From positions 3,934,722 through 3,998,721 of the forward strand of contig CAVNZM010000013.1 of the NCBI GenBank assembly GCA_963693365.1: a DNA stretch of 64,000 nucleotides. Reading direction: 5' to 3'. The DNA comes from Amoebidium appalachense. Its lineage: Eukaryota > Protista > Ichthyosporea. The notes beneath the pieces were generated by a model that was given only the letters and a program-made list of their open reading frames with translations, did no database searches and was not told the DNA's origin. Within the stretch, counting starts at the first letter, position 1. Each line of letters opens with the position of its first letter. The translations under genes and the position numbers were made by a program. Positions 16,198-30,172 of the stretch are shown here, one piece after another.

Positions 16198-17258
16198 ATC
16201 TCCCGTTCCGGAGCAACACTGGCAGATTGGCCCCCCACTTTGCTCCGGCCGAGCTGCTTCGAGCCACCACTACCCTGCAGGAATGCCAGGCCCTGAGTCT
16301 CAACCTCGACTCTCGGGCCTTTTACTCCCGGGTGCAAAAAGTGTTCATCGATTTCTGTGTGGCATCTCGGCTGCAATCCTCCTCCGGGTCCTCCCTCCCG
16401 GCCTCCCCACACACCGTGCAACTTTTTCTCGCCTGGTGTGCCCAACGAGGGGTACAGGCCTCTTCCTTAACCGGCTACAATTCGGCCATCACCAGGCTCC
16501 ACCTCGACATGGGCCTCCCTGCTCCCTACCCCCACGACAAGTCTCTGGCCTGGTTCCTACGGGGGGTGGGCCGATGGCAGCTTTCTCACAACATCCGACC
16601 CCGCTCATCCACCAGGGAACCCCTCCTCCCCTCCCACCTCCGCCTACTCCATGGCCAGTGCCCCACCAAGGCCTCCTCGGCCAATCTCCGGCTATGGACG
16701 GCCCTCATCGTCGGTTTCTGTGGTCTCCTCCGTTCAGGGGAATTTACCTCCAAGACCCTGACTTCTTTCGACCCGTCCCGTCACGTTAAACGGAAGGACG
16801 TGACCTTCAGCTACACCCCCACCGGTACTTTGTCCCATGCCACCCTCCACCTGCCAACCTCTAAGACGGATGTACAGGCCCGAGGTGTCAACGTCACCCT
16901 AGCTGCCCTGCCCCTCACCCACTTCTCCCCAGCCCATCTCCTCCGGCAGTTCCTGGATACAACGTCCGGTCAACCCGACGACCCCCTCTTCAGTCTCGGT
17001 GGCATCCCCTACACCAAGAGTGTTTTCTCTGCCGATTTCCGTGCCCTCCTCTCCCGGGCAGGCCTCTCACCCTCCCGGTTTGCCGGACACAGCCTCCGCA
17101 TCGGGGGGGCCACAGCACTGGCTGAGGCCGGGGTCGACGACTCCCGGATCAAACAACTCGGCAGGTGGTCCTCCGACTGCTTCCTGATCTATACCCGACT
17201 TCGTCCGGCCTCCATTGCTGCCACCACCACACGTGTATTCGCCTCTATTCTTAAGTGA
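16198..17258 (+). CDS. Ngaro tyrosine recombinase (SAM-like N-domain + YR catalytic domain); probably spliced, acceptor AG at 16196-16197
   Basis: Catalytic motifs GLLRSGE, SKTD, GHSLRIGGAT and LGRWSSDCFLIY. The ORF has no N-terminal ATG and is preceded by GCTAAC + poly-C + CAG. Confidence 0.92.
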
Positions 17259-17286
17259 AACCTTTGGAGCAAGCATACTGCTCTCG

Positions 17287-17376
17287 TGCCGTGGTTTACA
17301 ACCATTGCAGGTTCACTTTCGTCCAAGGGGATGTCCCCCTAGAGGCAACACACGTCCCGGAGTAGTTTTTCATAGA
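17287..17376 (+). repeat. Ngaro repeat B (90 bp)
   Basis: TGCCGTGGTTTACAACC...GTAGTTTTTCATAGA recurs as reverse complement at 18539-18627, 19107-19195, 28388-28477, 28958-29047 and partially from 27420. Confidence 0.9.
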
Positions 17377-18538
17377 TGTAAGGTTTACGCTGTATTTTAT
17401 GGCGTGTGTGACTGTGTCATTCCACACACACACACACACACATACATCAGTATAAGCGCATCCAAGCACGACATTATCATGTAACTCTTTGACAATGTAT
17501 AGACTATGTCCAATCATGTTATTGTATTGTGAGTGTGTGTGCACTGCACACACACTTCAATGTGTCAAAATAAACCACACGTGTACCCAGACTTGTTATC
17601 GTATTGTGTGTGTAAGCACTGCACGTTGTTCAGGAGGGAACCACCTGGACAGCGCGGTTAAAGCGGGATAGCTGCTCCAATAATTCTGGGTCTCATTCAC
17701 AGACTAAACAGATACTGGCAATTTTAAAGTCCATAGTACATCATACGTACAAGAAACCGTGACTAACGAACCAACAATTCCAGCAAACAAATCGTTCATC
17801 AATGGTGCATACGTTTAAGTATTCAATCGTGGAAAACTCACATAGCAACACACTCAACTTACCCATTGACGACGGACTCCATCTTCTTGCCTGAGTGGAC
17901 GGGACGGACCAAGACCCCACTGTTCCATCCCCCAAAACGGAAACTCGACAACGGTGCCCAACCTTTGAACACAATCCACTTATCCAGGGAAGCTTTCGCT
18001 TTGGCTTCCTTGTCAAACACAAAGGGGTCGATATCCGTTGGGTCGCGCTGGGACAGACACCTTGGCTCAACAATCTTGGAAGGGCTCTTGATATCATCGA
18101 AGGAAATATCAAAAATAGACCGAACCAACGTGCATCAGCAATCTTCCCCCCCCATCGGAAACCCCTCTACGACGTCGACGACGGGTTCGGAGTAGTTTAC
18201 GATACCTGAGTGGCTGCGTTTGGTACCCTCGACATTTTAATGGATGGAAAAGCTGAAAACCCATCGTCGACGTCGACAAGCATGTTACAGGGTAATAAAG
18301 AGGTCCACTGATTTCTCGACCCTCATGTGTATATGCCAACGTCATCCTATGGACATGCTGTGCATGCGTTTACACCGTCCATTAACCAAATGTAGCACCT
18401 ATTCCAATGCTATAGATGTGCTATGGACGTCGTAAGCCTGTTCTACGTATGTATACTGTGTAGGCTAACATGATGGGTATCGTCGACGTCGAAAACAAAG
18501 CATACTGTGAAGGCGATTCTGAGCATCTTAATATGAGG

Positions 18539-20785
18539 TCTATGAAAACTACTCCGGGACGTGTGTTGCCTCTAGGGGGACATCCCCTTGGACGAAAGTG
18601 AACCTGCAATGGTTGTAAACCACGGCAAGCCCCCAGTCATCAATTTATTGATCCGTGAGGTCCATGTGCCCAAAAAACGGGGGAAGTCTTCGCCCCGTGA
18701 AAAAACAGCACGTATGTGTGGATCAATGGGGGTTGTGTGTGGGTGTAGGTGGGTGGGTGAAAAGGAATATATAGCTGTAAGGCTGTGGATGCTAAACACA
18801 GAAGATGTGTTTGTAGCTTGCTGATCTGCTAAAAACTGTCGTGCTTATATACCTAAGCCTACTGATCTGAGCCAATCAAAAATCGATCTAGTGATATGTG
18901 AAATCTGATCCGAGCCAATCATAACTCGGTCTAGTGATCTGTGGTATCTGATGTTTTGGTTGGCTAATAGGTGCCCGTGTGCGGGCAGCCAACCGCTAAC
19001 TGCTAAAACACGAAATGAAGCCTACATGGTTATGTTGGTATCGAACACCCATCCTACGTGTTTACCCAGAAAAATATTTATGTCAATAATTTCCACAAAT
19101 AAAACCTCTATGAAAACTACTCCGGGACGTGTGTTGCCTCTAGGGGGACATCCCCTTGGACGAAAGTGAACCTGCAATGGTTGTAAACCACGGCACGAGA
19201 GCAGTATGCTTGCTCCAAAGGTTTCACTTAAGAATAGAGGCGAATACACGTGTGGTGGTGGCAGCAATGGAGGCCGGACGAAGTCGGGTATAGATCAGGA
19301 AGCAGTCGGAGGACCACCTGCCGAGTTGTTTGATCCGGGAGTCGTCGACCCCGGCCTCAGCCAGTGCTGTGGCCCCCCCGATGCGGAGGCTGTGTCCGGC
19401 AAACCGGGAGGGTGAGAGGCCTGCCCGGGAGAGGAGGGCACGGAAATCGGCAGAGAAAGCACTCTTGGTGTAGGGGAGGCCACCGAGACTGAAGAGGGGG
19501 TCGTCGGGTTGACCGGTCGTTGTATCCAGGAACTGCCGGAGGAGATGGGCTGGGGAGAAGTGGGTGAGGGGCAGGGCAGCTAGGGTGACGTTGACACCTC
19601 GGGCCTGTACATCCGTCTTAGAGGTTGGCAGGTGGAGGGTGGCATGGGACAAAGTACCGGTGGGGGTGTAGCTGAAGGTCACGTCCTTCCGTTTAACGTG
19701 ACGGGACGGGTCGAAAGAAGTCAGGGTCTTGGAGGTAAATTCCCCTGAACGGAGGAGACCACAGAAACCGACGATGAGGACCGTCCATAGCCGGAGATTG
19801 GCCGAGGAGGCCTGGGTGGGGCACTGGCCATGGAGTAGGCGGAGGTGGGAGGGGAGAAGGGGTTCCCTGGTGGATGAGCGGGGTCGGATGTTGTGAGAAA
19901 GCTGCCATCGGCCCACCCCCCGTAGGAACCAGGCCAGAGACTTGGTGATGGCCGAATTGTAGCCGGTTAAGGAAGAGGCCTGTACCCCTCGTTGGGCACA
20001 CCAGGCGAGAAAAAGTTGCACGGTGTGTGGGGAGGCCGGGAGGGAGGACCCGGAGGAGGATTGCAGCCGAGATGCCACACAGAAATCGATGAACACATTT
20101 TGCACCCGGGAGTAAAAGGCCCGAGAGTCGAGGTTGAGACTCAGGGCCTGGCATTCCTGCAGGGTAGTGGTGGCTCGAAGCAGCTCGGCCGGAGCAAAGT
20201 GGGGGGCCAATCTGCCAGTGTTGCTCCGGAACGGGAGATCTGGGGGGGGGGGGGGGGGGGGGGGTTAGCCCAAGGGAAGGGATAGGAACTCGTGGACCCA
20301 GGAGGGGAAGGGGCAGGGCTCCGGTTGCAGGGAAGGTCGGAGTCGTCGGGCCCGGGGAAGTTGGTCTGCGGGTCAGGCGCTTAGGTGCCGCGGCAGGGGC
20401 GGCGGCTGAGGCCTGGCGCTTTTTCGGCGGCATGCTGACCGGCGTAGGGAAAGATAGGGAGAATGAAAAGGAATATATAGCTGTAAGGCTGTGGATGCTA
20501 AACACAGAAGATGTGTTTGTAGCTTGCTGATCTGCTAAAAACTGTCGTGCTTATATACCTAAGCCTACTGATCTGAGCCAATCAAAAATCGATCTAGTGA
20601 TATGTGAAATCTGATCCGAGCCAATCATAACTCGGTCTAGTGATCTGTGGTATCTGATGTTTTGGTTGGCTAATAGGTGCCCGTGTGTGGGCAGCCAACC
20701 GCTAACTGCTAAAACACGACATGAAGCCTACATGGTTATGTTGGTATCGAACACCCATCCTACGTGTTTACCCAGAAAAATATTT
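18539..20785 (-). mobile_element. Ngaro copy 2: internally deleted derivative (A1-gag stub-YR-B1-A2-spacer-B2)
   Basis: At 20365/20366 the start of gag (copy 1 position 12942) is joined to the end of RNase H (copy 1 position 16070), a ~3.1-kb deletion. The 3' end B1-A2-spacer-B2 is complete. A1 lacks its outer ~27 bp. Confidence 0.9.
19224..20210 (-). CDS. Ngaro tyrosine recombinase, copy 2 (15-aa in-frame deletion)
   Basis: Matches copy 1 YR except for a few substitutions and loss of RLHLDMGLPAPYPHD; catalytic motifs intact. Confidence 0.8.
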   Translation of the reverse strand: MAPHFAPAELLRATTTLQECQALSLNLDSRAFYSRVQNVFIDFCVASRLQSSSGSSLPASPHTVQLFLAWCAQRGVQASSLTGYNSAITKSLAWFLRGVGRWQLSHNIRPRSSTREPLLPSHLRLLHGQCPTQASSANLRLWTVLIVGFCGLLRSGEFTSKTLTSFDPSRHVKRKDVTFSYTPTGTLSHATLHLPTSKTDVQARGVNVTLAALPLTHFSPAHLLRQFLDTTTGQPDDPLFSLGGLPYTKSAFSADFRALLSRAGLSPSRFAGHSLRIGGATALAEAGVDDSRIKQLGRWSSDCFLIYTRLRPASIAATTTRVFASILK

Positions 20786-20966
20786 CTTACTCGAGGCAAA
20801 GAGAACCAGTCTCAGGTATGGGGGGGGGGTTTTGCTCGGAATATCCCCTCAGCGGTATATCATGATCACGTACATAGATGTCGGGTGGTGACTATATATC
20901 AGGGTTTACTTTCTCTACGAGACACCATAAAGACTACAAGGAGAAATCAATTAGTTGGGGTTCCCC

Positions 20967-21010
<44 letters not shown>

Positions 21011-21042
21011 GGGCTCCCCTCGGGACACTCGGTATCAGCTGG

Positions 21043-21119
<77 letters not shown>

Positions 21120-21939
21120 TGCGCTATAATTTTGTAGTGATGTGTTTCTCAAGCCAATCAATACATCTAATAAACAGGTCGTAGTTACGCGTGTTTAGTA
21201 TAAAATCAAGGATGTTGTAATTTACAGGTAGGCTATCTTTCTGGGTGTCTGTTGTGAATGTGACGTGTGTGTGTTGCGGTATTATGTGGTCTATCAAACT
21301 ACATTTGGCGATACATGACCGGTTAAACTGGTGTGTGTGTGTGTTGTTTGGGCATGCAAATGATGCCACCTTATACTTATTAGATCTCCACTGTATAGCA
21401 CGTGTACAGTAAAAGCGTGGTAATTGATCAATAATACCATCAGCTAGAGAAAGACCAGTTCTACAGGAAGGTAATATGTATTTAGGTGTTATACACTTGC
21501 GAGTGCCATATTTGGCAATATGGTTGAGGCGGTCAGTATATATAAAACGAGACATAAGGCTTAGTTTTTCAAGGTGTATGCTTTCATCGGGTCTAGTGTC
21601 GTGTGGTATCTTTTTCCATTTGTTATATTGCGTGATTATCTTGTGATTGTGTACATGTTTAACAAGTAAGTGGCAGTCCAAAGTCACACACACACTATTG
21701 CGGGGTTTATTTGTATTTGTGCCCAGGGGAGAAGGGGAGAGAGAGGGGAGGAAAGAGGGGAGAGGTGAGGAGGGGACAGGTCGGATAGAGAAGAGAGGGT
21801 GGGAGGGCAAATACTTCTTTAAGCGGCTTATGTGTTTATTGAATTTCAGCGCGAGATAGGATACTCTAGCAGCTATTGGGACCAGACCATATATCGAGAG
21901 CGTTACAGGCCCGGCATAATATTTTTATATTATTGTCAT

Positions 21940-22900
21940 ACCATGTCAGGTCTACCACCAATAACTATATACCGTATGAGTAATGTACTGGCAATATCCC
22001 AAAATGCGTGTACGTGTGCCTATTAACAATACAATTTCGATATTGTCAATGTACTTATTCGGTATTATACTATTGCTTGCGGAGTATTGTCAATACGTTA
22101 TGAATATATAAAATGTAGGACAATTTTGTGTCAAATTAGGGTATTGTCCAACGTGGCAAGACTATTGCCAATATATTATGAATGTATTTTTCCTGACCAT
22201 TTTGGGATATTGGCAATATACCCAACCCATATGTCCCATATGGCCGATACAAACATAATGTCGCTATTGGTTATAGGGTTATGATATGATTATAATAGGA
22301 TCTCAATTCGGTCGAAATGTATTGCCAATGTATCCGTCACAATATCAAGACTATTATGCACCTATTATCAATAGGTAAAAGCAACCGAAAATATGGGGCG
22401 TGTATTTTATTGCCAATATATTGGTAAAATATTGGGGATGAAAGATCAGGTCACTTTACCTATGTAGTCGCAATATTGTGAATGTATTGCCAACACATGT
22501 TCAACAAACATGTTCGGAGTGTAGTCCTTGTATGCGCAGTACATTGCTAATACCGTGGTATTAGGGTGGACATATACTGACATTATGTAGATCATATCCT
22601 ACCCATATCACATCCATATTAGTAGAACATAAACATGATATAGCAAGAAAACTTTTATCCTATTGCGAATATCTAAGGCACAAGTGGTATTGGCAATGTC
22701 ACGAATACTATCTATAAGGCTGTCACCAATACGGACACAGCTAAGGACACCATATATTGGTTATAGTCTCAGTATATACTGCCAGTATGTTCGAATGCGA
22801 ACAAATCATTACGTAGGAGGTACTATCAATATACTACCAGTACCTGTACGATATACACACGTCATATACAATACGTTTGCAGTATATTATGGGTGCATTT
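21940..22900. repeat. AT-rich array of palindromic TATTG(C/G)CAATA-like motifs (probable subterminal repeat region of a DNA transposon)
   Basis: The motif recurs at ~22161, 22208, 22320, 22409, 22484 and 22688. The same motif family occurs at 58860-59856. Non-coding. Confidence 0.6.
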
Positions 22901-23439
22901 CCGTACCAAGATTGAGAAGGGCAACGGCCATAACAAGTGGTCCTCACGTTTTTAGCACCTCAAAATATAAAAGTTCTTTGTTTTGAATACTGTTCCTGGG
23001 GAAGATGTTCCCGTGGTCCGTGGTACAAACGTCACCGAACGTCCTACCATTAAACCTTTCACCAGCCTACATCCTGTGTAAGCTGTAGGGTATAAAACTT
23101 GAAGTAGCATAAAGGATAATACAGGAAAGTAATGACAACCCCCCCCCCCCCCCCCCCCCAACCCAACCCTAAAAAAAATATAAAAAAAACCTGGAGGAAT
23201 AGAGTAAAAATTCTGAAATGCAAATCTAAGAGAACTCGCAGTCCCTACACACGTCCCCGAGACGCATCAAAGTTTACAGCATCCCCCCCCCTCCTCCCCC
23301 TCCATTTTGTTTTAGTCCTATGTCTTTATGCCCCCTTGTTACTTGCAATACTTTTCTTTCTTCGAAACATCGCTCACTCGCCTCACCCCCTTCCCCCCCA
23401 AACCCATCACCACGGACGCTGCCAGTGTAACCACTCACC

Positions 23440-25830
<2,391 letters not shown>

Positions 25831-26186
25831 AACCCTCTCTTCTCTTATGTAGTATCGTAGGAACGCTTGACAAAGGTACTACACGGGTGTTGGTTGGATG
25901 ATGACAGTACATGTACCAGTGGGATAGATGCTGTTTACTCCAGGCAATGTATCAGTGTGTCGATTGATTTAGCTAATATTAGATCTATGTTTAGCTGTGT
26001 GTTGTTTTTTCTCCTTTTTGTATTTAAGGCCTGGCCGGCCTCATAAAATGCTATCTAATCTTACTCGAGATTGAGCTTTTTTGGCCTTGAAGGCCGATCT
26101 TAATAAAGTACTGTGAATGTGTCCCCTGATGAGGGACTCTAGTCGATATATCTGCAAAACGACCCCCCCCCCCCCCCCCCCCCCCT

Positions 26187-26281
<95 letters not shown>

Positions 26282-26509
26282 AACACAAACAAAAAAGAAA
26301 GAAAAAAAGAGCGAGAGAATCCTTGTTTCTCATATGTTACCAGCACGTAAGCAAGTATTTTATTCATTCACAATACATTGTTAGGTATGTGTAGTATATT
26401 ATGGTGTTATTATTTTTTGGTTTACAATATGGTGTCCACGTTCCCAAGATATCGTTATTGTCGACCAACTACTATGGTAGTATAATGCTATGATGACAAT
26501 TTGTGCATG

Positions 26510-27419
26510 CGTTACTTATAAGCATCGGGTTTTTTCACTAACTACCCACAGAGTAGCTTCTAGCACGATAAATTCACCACAAATTATAAGGAGGGATGGT
26601 GAATGTGCCCTTGGAGTACGAGGGTCACACGAAAAAAACACAACGTTGTAGCTCGTATAGAACCCCCCTTGTAGCATAGCATATGTCCATGTGTTACCTA
26701 GGCATTTTTGGTTTTTTCAATAACTACCCACAGAACAGCCTCTCGCACGAGATATTTACCACAACGTTTATGGGGGGGATGGTGAATGTGCCCCTGGAGT
26801 ACGAGGGCCACACGAAAAAAACACAAGGTTGTAGCTCGAATAGAACCCCCCTTGTAGCATAGTATATGTACATGTGTTACTTACACATTATTGGTTTTTT
26901 CAATAACTACCCACAGAACAGCTTCTAGCACGAGACATTTACCACAACGTTTATGGGGGGGATAGTGAATGTGCCCCTGGAGTACGAGGGTCACACGAAA
27001 AAAACACAACGTTGTAGCTCGAATAGAACCCCCCTTGTAGCATAATATATGTTCATGTGTTACTTACACATTATTGGTTTTTTCAATAACTACCCACAGA
27101 GCAGCTTCTAGCACGAGACATTTACCACAACGTTTATGGGGGGGATGGTGAATGTGCCCCTGGAGTACGAGGGTCACACGAAAAAAACACAACGTTGTAG
27201 CTCGTTTAGAACCCCCCTTGTAGCATAGTATATGTACATGTGTTACCTAGACATTATTGGTTTTTTCAATAACTACCCACAGAACAGCCTCTCGCACGAG
27301 AAATTTACCACAACGTTTATGGGGGGGTTGGTGAATGTGCCCCTGGAGTACGAGGGTCACACGAAAAAAACACAACGTTGTAGCTCGTATAGAACCCCCC
27401 TTGTAGCATAATATATGTA
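26510..27419. repeat. Tandem satellite, ~183-bp unit, ~5 copies
   Basis: Anchor ACTACCCACAGA at 26541, 26723, 26906, 27089 and 27272 (spacings 182, 183, 183, 183). Confidence 0.93.
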
Positions 27420-27480
27420 TCTATGAAAAAACTACTCCGGGACGTTGTTGCCTCTAGGGGGACCCCGACAAGTGAACCGA
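27420..27480 (-). mobile_element. Fragment of an Ngaro repeat B terminus
   Basis: TCTATGAAAAAACTACTCCGGGACGTTGTTGCCTCTAGGGGGAC matches the reverse complement of B, then degenerates. Confidence 0.75.
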
Positions 27481-29075
27481 CCCGCAGCCCCCAGAACACG
27501 AAAACCACAGGGCAGGAGGCCACCGGACCAAGAGGGCCCCCCCCCCAACCCCCAACCACCTTCAATGAAATCATTCTCGCATGATACCCCTAATGTCCGA
27601 CCTATTTACTCTACAACTACGTCCCCCCCCACCTCCGTTACCCCCCCCCCCCCCCTCACCCCCCTCCTCTCCATAGACAGAACACGACCCTCCGTCCTCA
27701 CCACCGTTGCCCAGTACCGTATGCTGACCCTCCCTCCGTCACACTCTCCAAGCACCTCAGTCGCCCCACTCAGTGTGCCCGCGCACCCTGCAGACGGAAC
27801 AGCCCAGTCCCTCAAGATGAGTCACACCGCGCAGAACCACAGACCCACGGCCGAGCGCCCAGCCCCCCGAGGCGCCCGGGGACGCGCGGGCCCCGGCCCC
27901 GCGCCGTCCCCCCAGCCCCGCCGCCCCCCCCCCCCCCGCAGCCCCACGCCACGAGCCCCCGCAGCCGCGCCCAGACCGCCCCCCCCGACCCGGCGACAAC
28001 GCCCCCCCCCCCCCCGCCCGCCCCCGCCCCACCCGCCCCCCACCACACGACGACCCACACGCCCGCCCCCCGCCGCCCCCGCCCGCCCACCACGGGCCCC
28101 GGCCAGCCCGCGGCACCCCGAGAGCCCACGCGCCGACCCCGCGACGCCACGCCCCCCCAAGCAAGCAGCCCCCACACACACACCCCCACACCCACACCCC
28201 ACCCCCACCCCCCCCCCCCCCCCCCCCCCCCCCCACCCCCACCCCCCGCCCCCCCACAGCCCCAGACCCGCCCACCACCCACCCCGAACCCCCCCCCCCA
28301 CCCCCCCAGGCCCCCACTAGCGACACCTCACCAAACCCCTCCCCGGCCCGAGTCATGTCCACCATCGTGCTGATTTTTTACCGGATATCTATGAAAAACT
28401 ACTCCGGGACGTGTGTTGCCTCTAGGGGGACATCCCCTTGGACGAAAGTGAACCTGCAATGGTTGTAAACCACGGCAAGCCCCCAGTCATCAATTTATTG
28501 ATCCGTGAGGTCCATGTGCCCAAAAAAACGGGGGAAGGCTTCGCCCCGTGAAAAAACAGCACGTATGTGTGGATCAATGGGGGTTGTGTGTGGGTGTAGG
28601 TGGGTGGGTGAAAAGGAATATATAGCTGTAAGGCTGTGGATGCTAAACACAGAAGATGTGTTTGTAGCTTGCTGATCTGCTAAAAACTGTCGTGCTTATA
28701 TACCTAAGCCTACCGATCTGAACCAATCAAAAATCGATCTAGTGATATGTGAAATCTGATCCGAGCCAATCATAACTCGGTCTAGTGATCTGTGGTATCT
28801 GATGTTTTGACTGGCTAATAGGTGCCCGTGTGCGGGCAGCCAACCGCTAACTGCTAAAACACGAAATGAAGCCTACATGGTTATGTTGGTATCGAACACC
28901 CATCCTACGTGTTTACCCAGAAAAATATTTATGTCAATAATTTCCACAAATAAAACCTCTATGAAAAACTACTCCGGGACGTGTGTTGCCTCTAGGGGGA
29001 CATCCCCTTGGACGAAAGTGAACCTGCAATGGTTGTAAACCACGGCACGAGAGCAGTATGCTTGCTCCAAAGGTT

Positions 29076-30107
29076 TCACTTAAGAATAGAGGCGAATACA
29101 CGTGTGGTGGTGGCAGCAATGGAGGCCGGACGAAGTCGGGTATAGATCAGGAAGCAGTCGGAGGACCACCGGCCGAGTTGTTTGATCCGGGAGTCGTCGA
29201 CCCCGGCCTCAGCCAGTGCTGTGGCCCCCCCGATGCGGAGGCTGTGTCCGGCAAACCGGGAGGGTGAGAGGCCTGCCCGGGAGAGGAGGGCACGGAAATC
29301 GGCAGAGAAAGCACTCTTGGTGTAGGGGATGCCACCGAGACTGAAGAGGGGGTCGTCGGGTTGACCGGACGTTGTATCCAGGAACTGCCGGAGGAGATGG
29401 GCTGGGGAGAAGTGGGTGAGGGGCAGGGCAGCTAGGGTGACGTTGACACCTCGGGCCTGTACATCCGTCTTAGAGGTTGGCAGGTGGAGGGTGGCATGGG
29501 ACAAAGTACCGGTGGGGGTGTAGCTGAAGGTCACGTCCTTCCGTTTAACGTGACGGGACGGGTCGAAAGAAGTCAGGGTCTTGGAGGTAAATTCCCCTGA
29601 ACGGAGGAGACCACAGAAACCGACGATGAGGGCCGTCCATAGCCGGAGATTGGCCGAGGAGGCCTTGGTGGGGCACTGGCCATGGAGTAGGCGGAGGTGG
29701 GAGGGGAGGAGGGGTTCCCTGGTGGATGAGCGGGGTCGGATGTTGTGAGAAAGCTGCCATCGGCCCACCCCCCGTAGGAACCAGGCCAGAGACTTGTCGT
29801 GGGGGTAGGGAGCAGGGAGGCCCATGTCGAGGTGGAGCCTGGTGATGGCCGAATTGTAGCCGGTTAAGGAAGAGGCCTGTACCCCTCGTTGGGCACACCA
29901 GGCGAGAAAAAGTTGCACGGTGTGTGGGGAGGCCGGGAGGGAGGACCCGGAGGAGGATTGCAGCCGAGATGCCACACAGAAATCGATGAACACTTTTTGC
30001 ACCCGGGAGTAAAAGGCCCGAGAGTCGAGGTTGAGACTCAGGGCCTGGCATTCCTGCAGGGTAGTGGTGGCTCGAAGCAGCTCGGCCGGAGCAAAGTGGG
30101 GGGCCAA
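29076..30107 (-). CDS. Ngaro tyrosine recombinase, copy 3
   Basis: 343-aa ORF differing from copy 1 by one residue (SVF/SAF). Confidence 0.9.
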   Translation of the reverse strand: MAPHFAPAELLRATTTLQECQALSLNLDSRAFYSRVQKVFIDFCVASRLQSSSGSSLPASPHTVQLFLAWCAQRGVQASSLTGYNSAITRLHLDMGLPAPYPHDKSLAWFLRGVGRWQLSHNIRPRSSTREPLLPSHLRLLHGQCPTKASSANLRLWTALIVGFCGLLRSGEFTSKTLTSFDPSRHVKRKDVTFSYTPTGTLSHATLHLPTSKTDVQARGVNVTLAALPLTHFSPAHLLRQFLDTTSGQPDDPLFSLGGIPYTKSAFSADFRALLSRAGLSPSRFAGHSLRIGGATALAEAGVDDSRIKQLGRWSSDCFLIYTRLRPASIAATTTRVFASILK

Positions 30108-30138
30108 TCTGCCAGTGTTGCTCCGGAACGGGAGATCT

Positions 30139-30169
<31 letters not shown>

Positions 30170-30172
<3 letters not shown>

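Larger units (their letters stand above)
12486..17376 (+). mobile_element. Ngaro-type tyrosine-recombinase (DIRS-order) retrotransposon, copy 1: A1-gag-RT/RH-YR-B
   Basis: Gag, RT/RNase H and YR ORFs, with no methyltransferase ORF. Split direct repeats A and B are defined by comparison with copies 2 and 3. No target-site duplication. Confidence 0.92.

Noticed and set aside
14518-17258. Classifying the YR elements as DIRS1-like
   Set aside because: The termini are split direct repeats (A..B-A-B), not ITRs with an ICR, and no MT domain follows RNase H, which fits Ngaro.
27480-28387. 291-aa Pro/Arg-rich ORF between two Ngaro B ends
   Set aside because: The sequence is extremely C-biased and decays progressively from a B repeat. 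It looks like low-quality consensus or an artefactual duplication rather than a gene.
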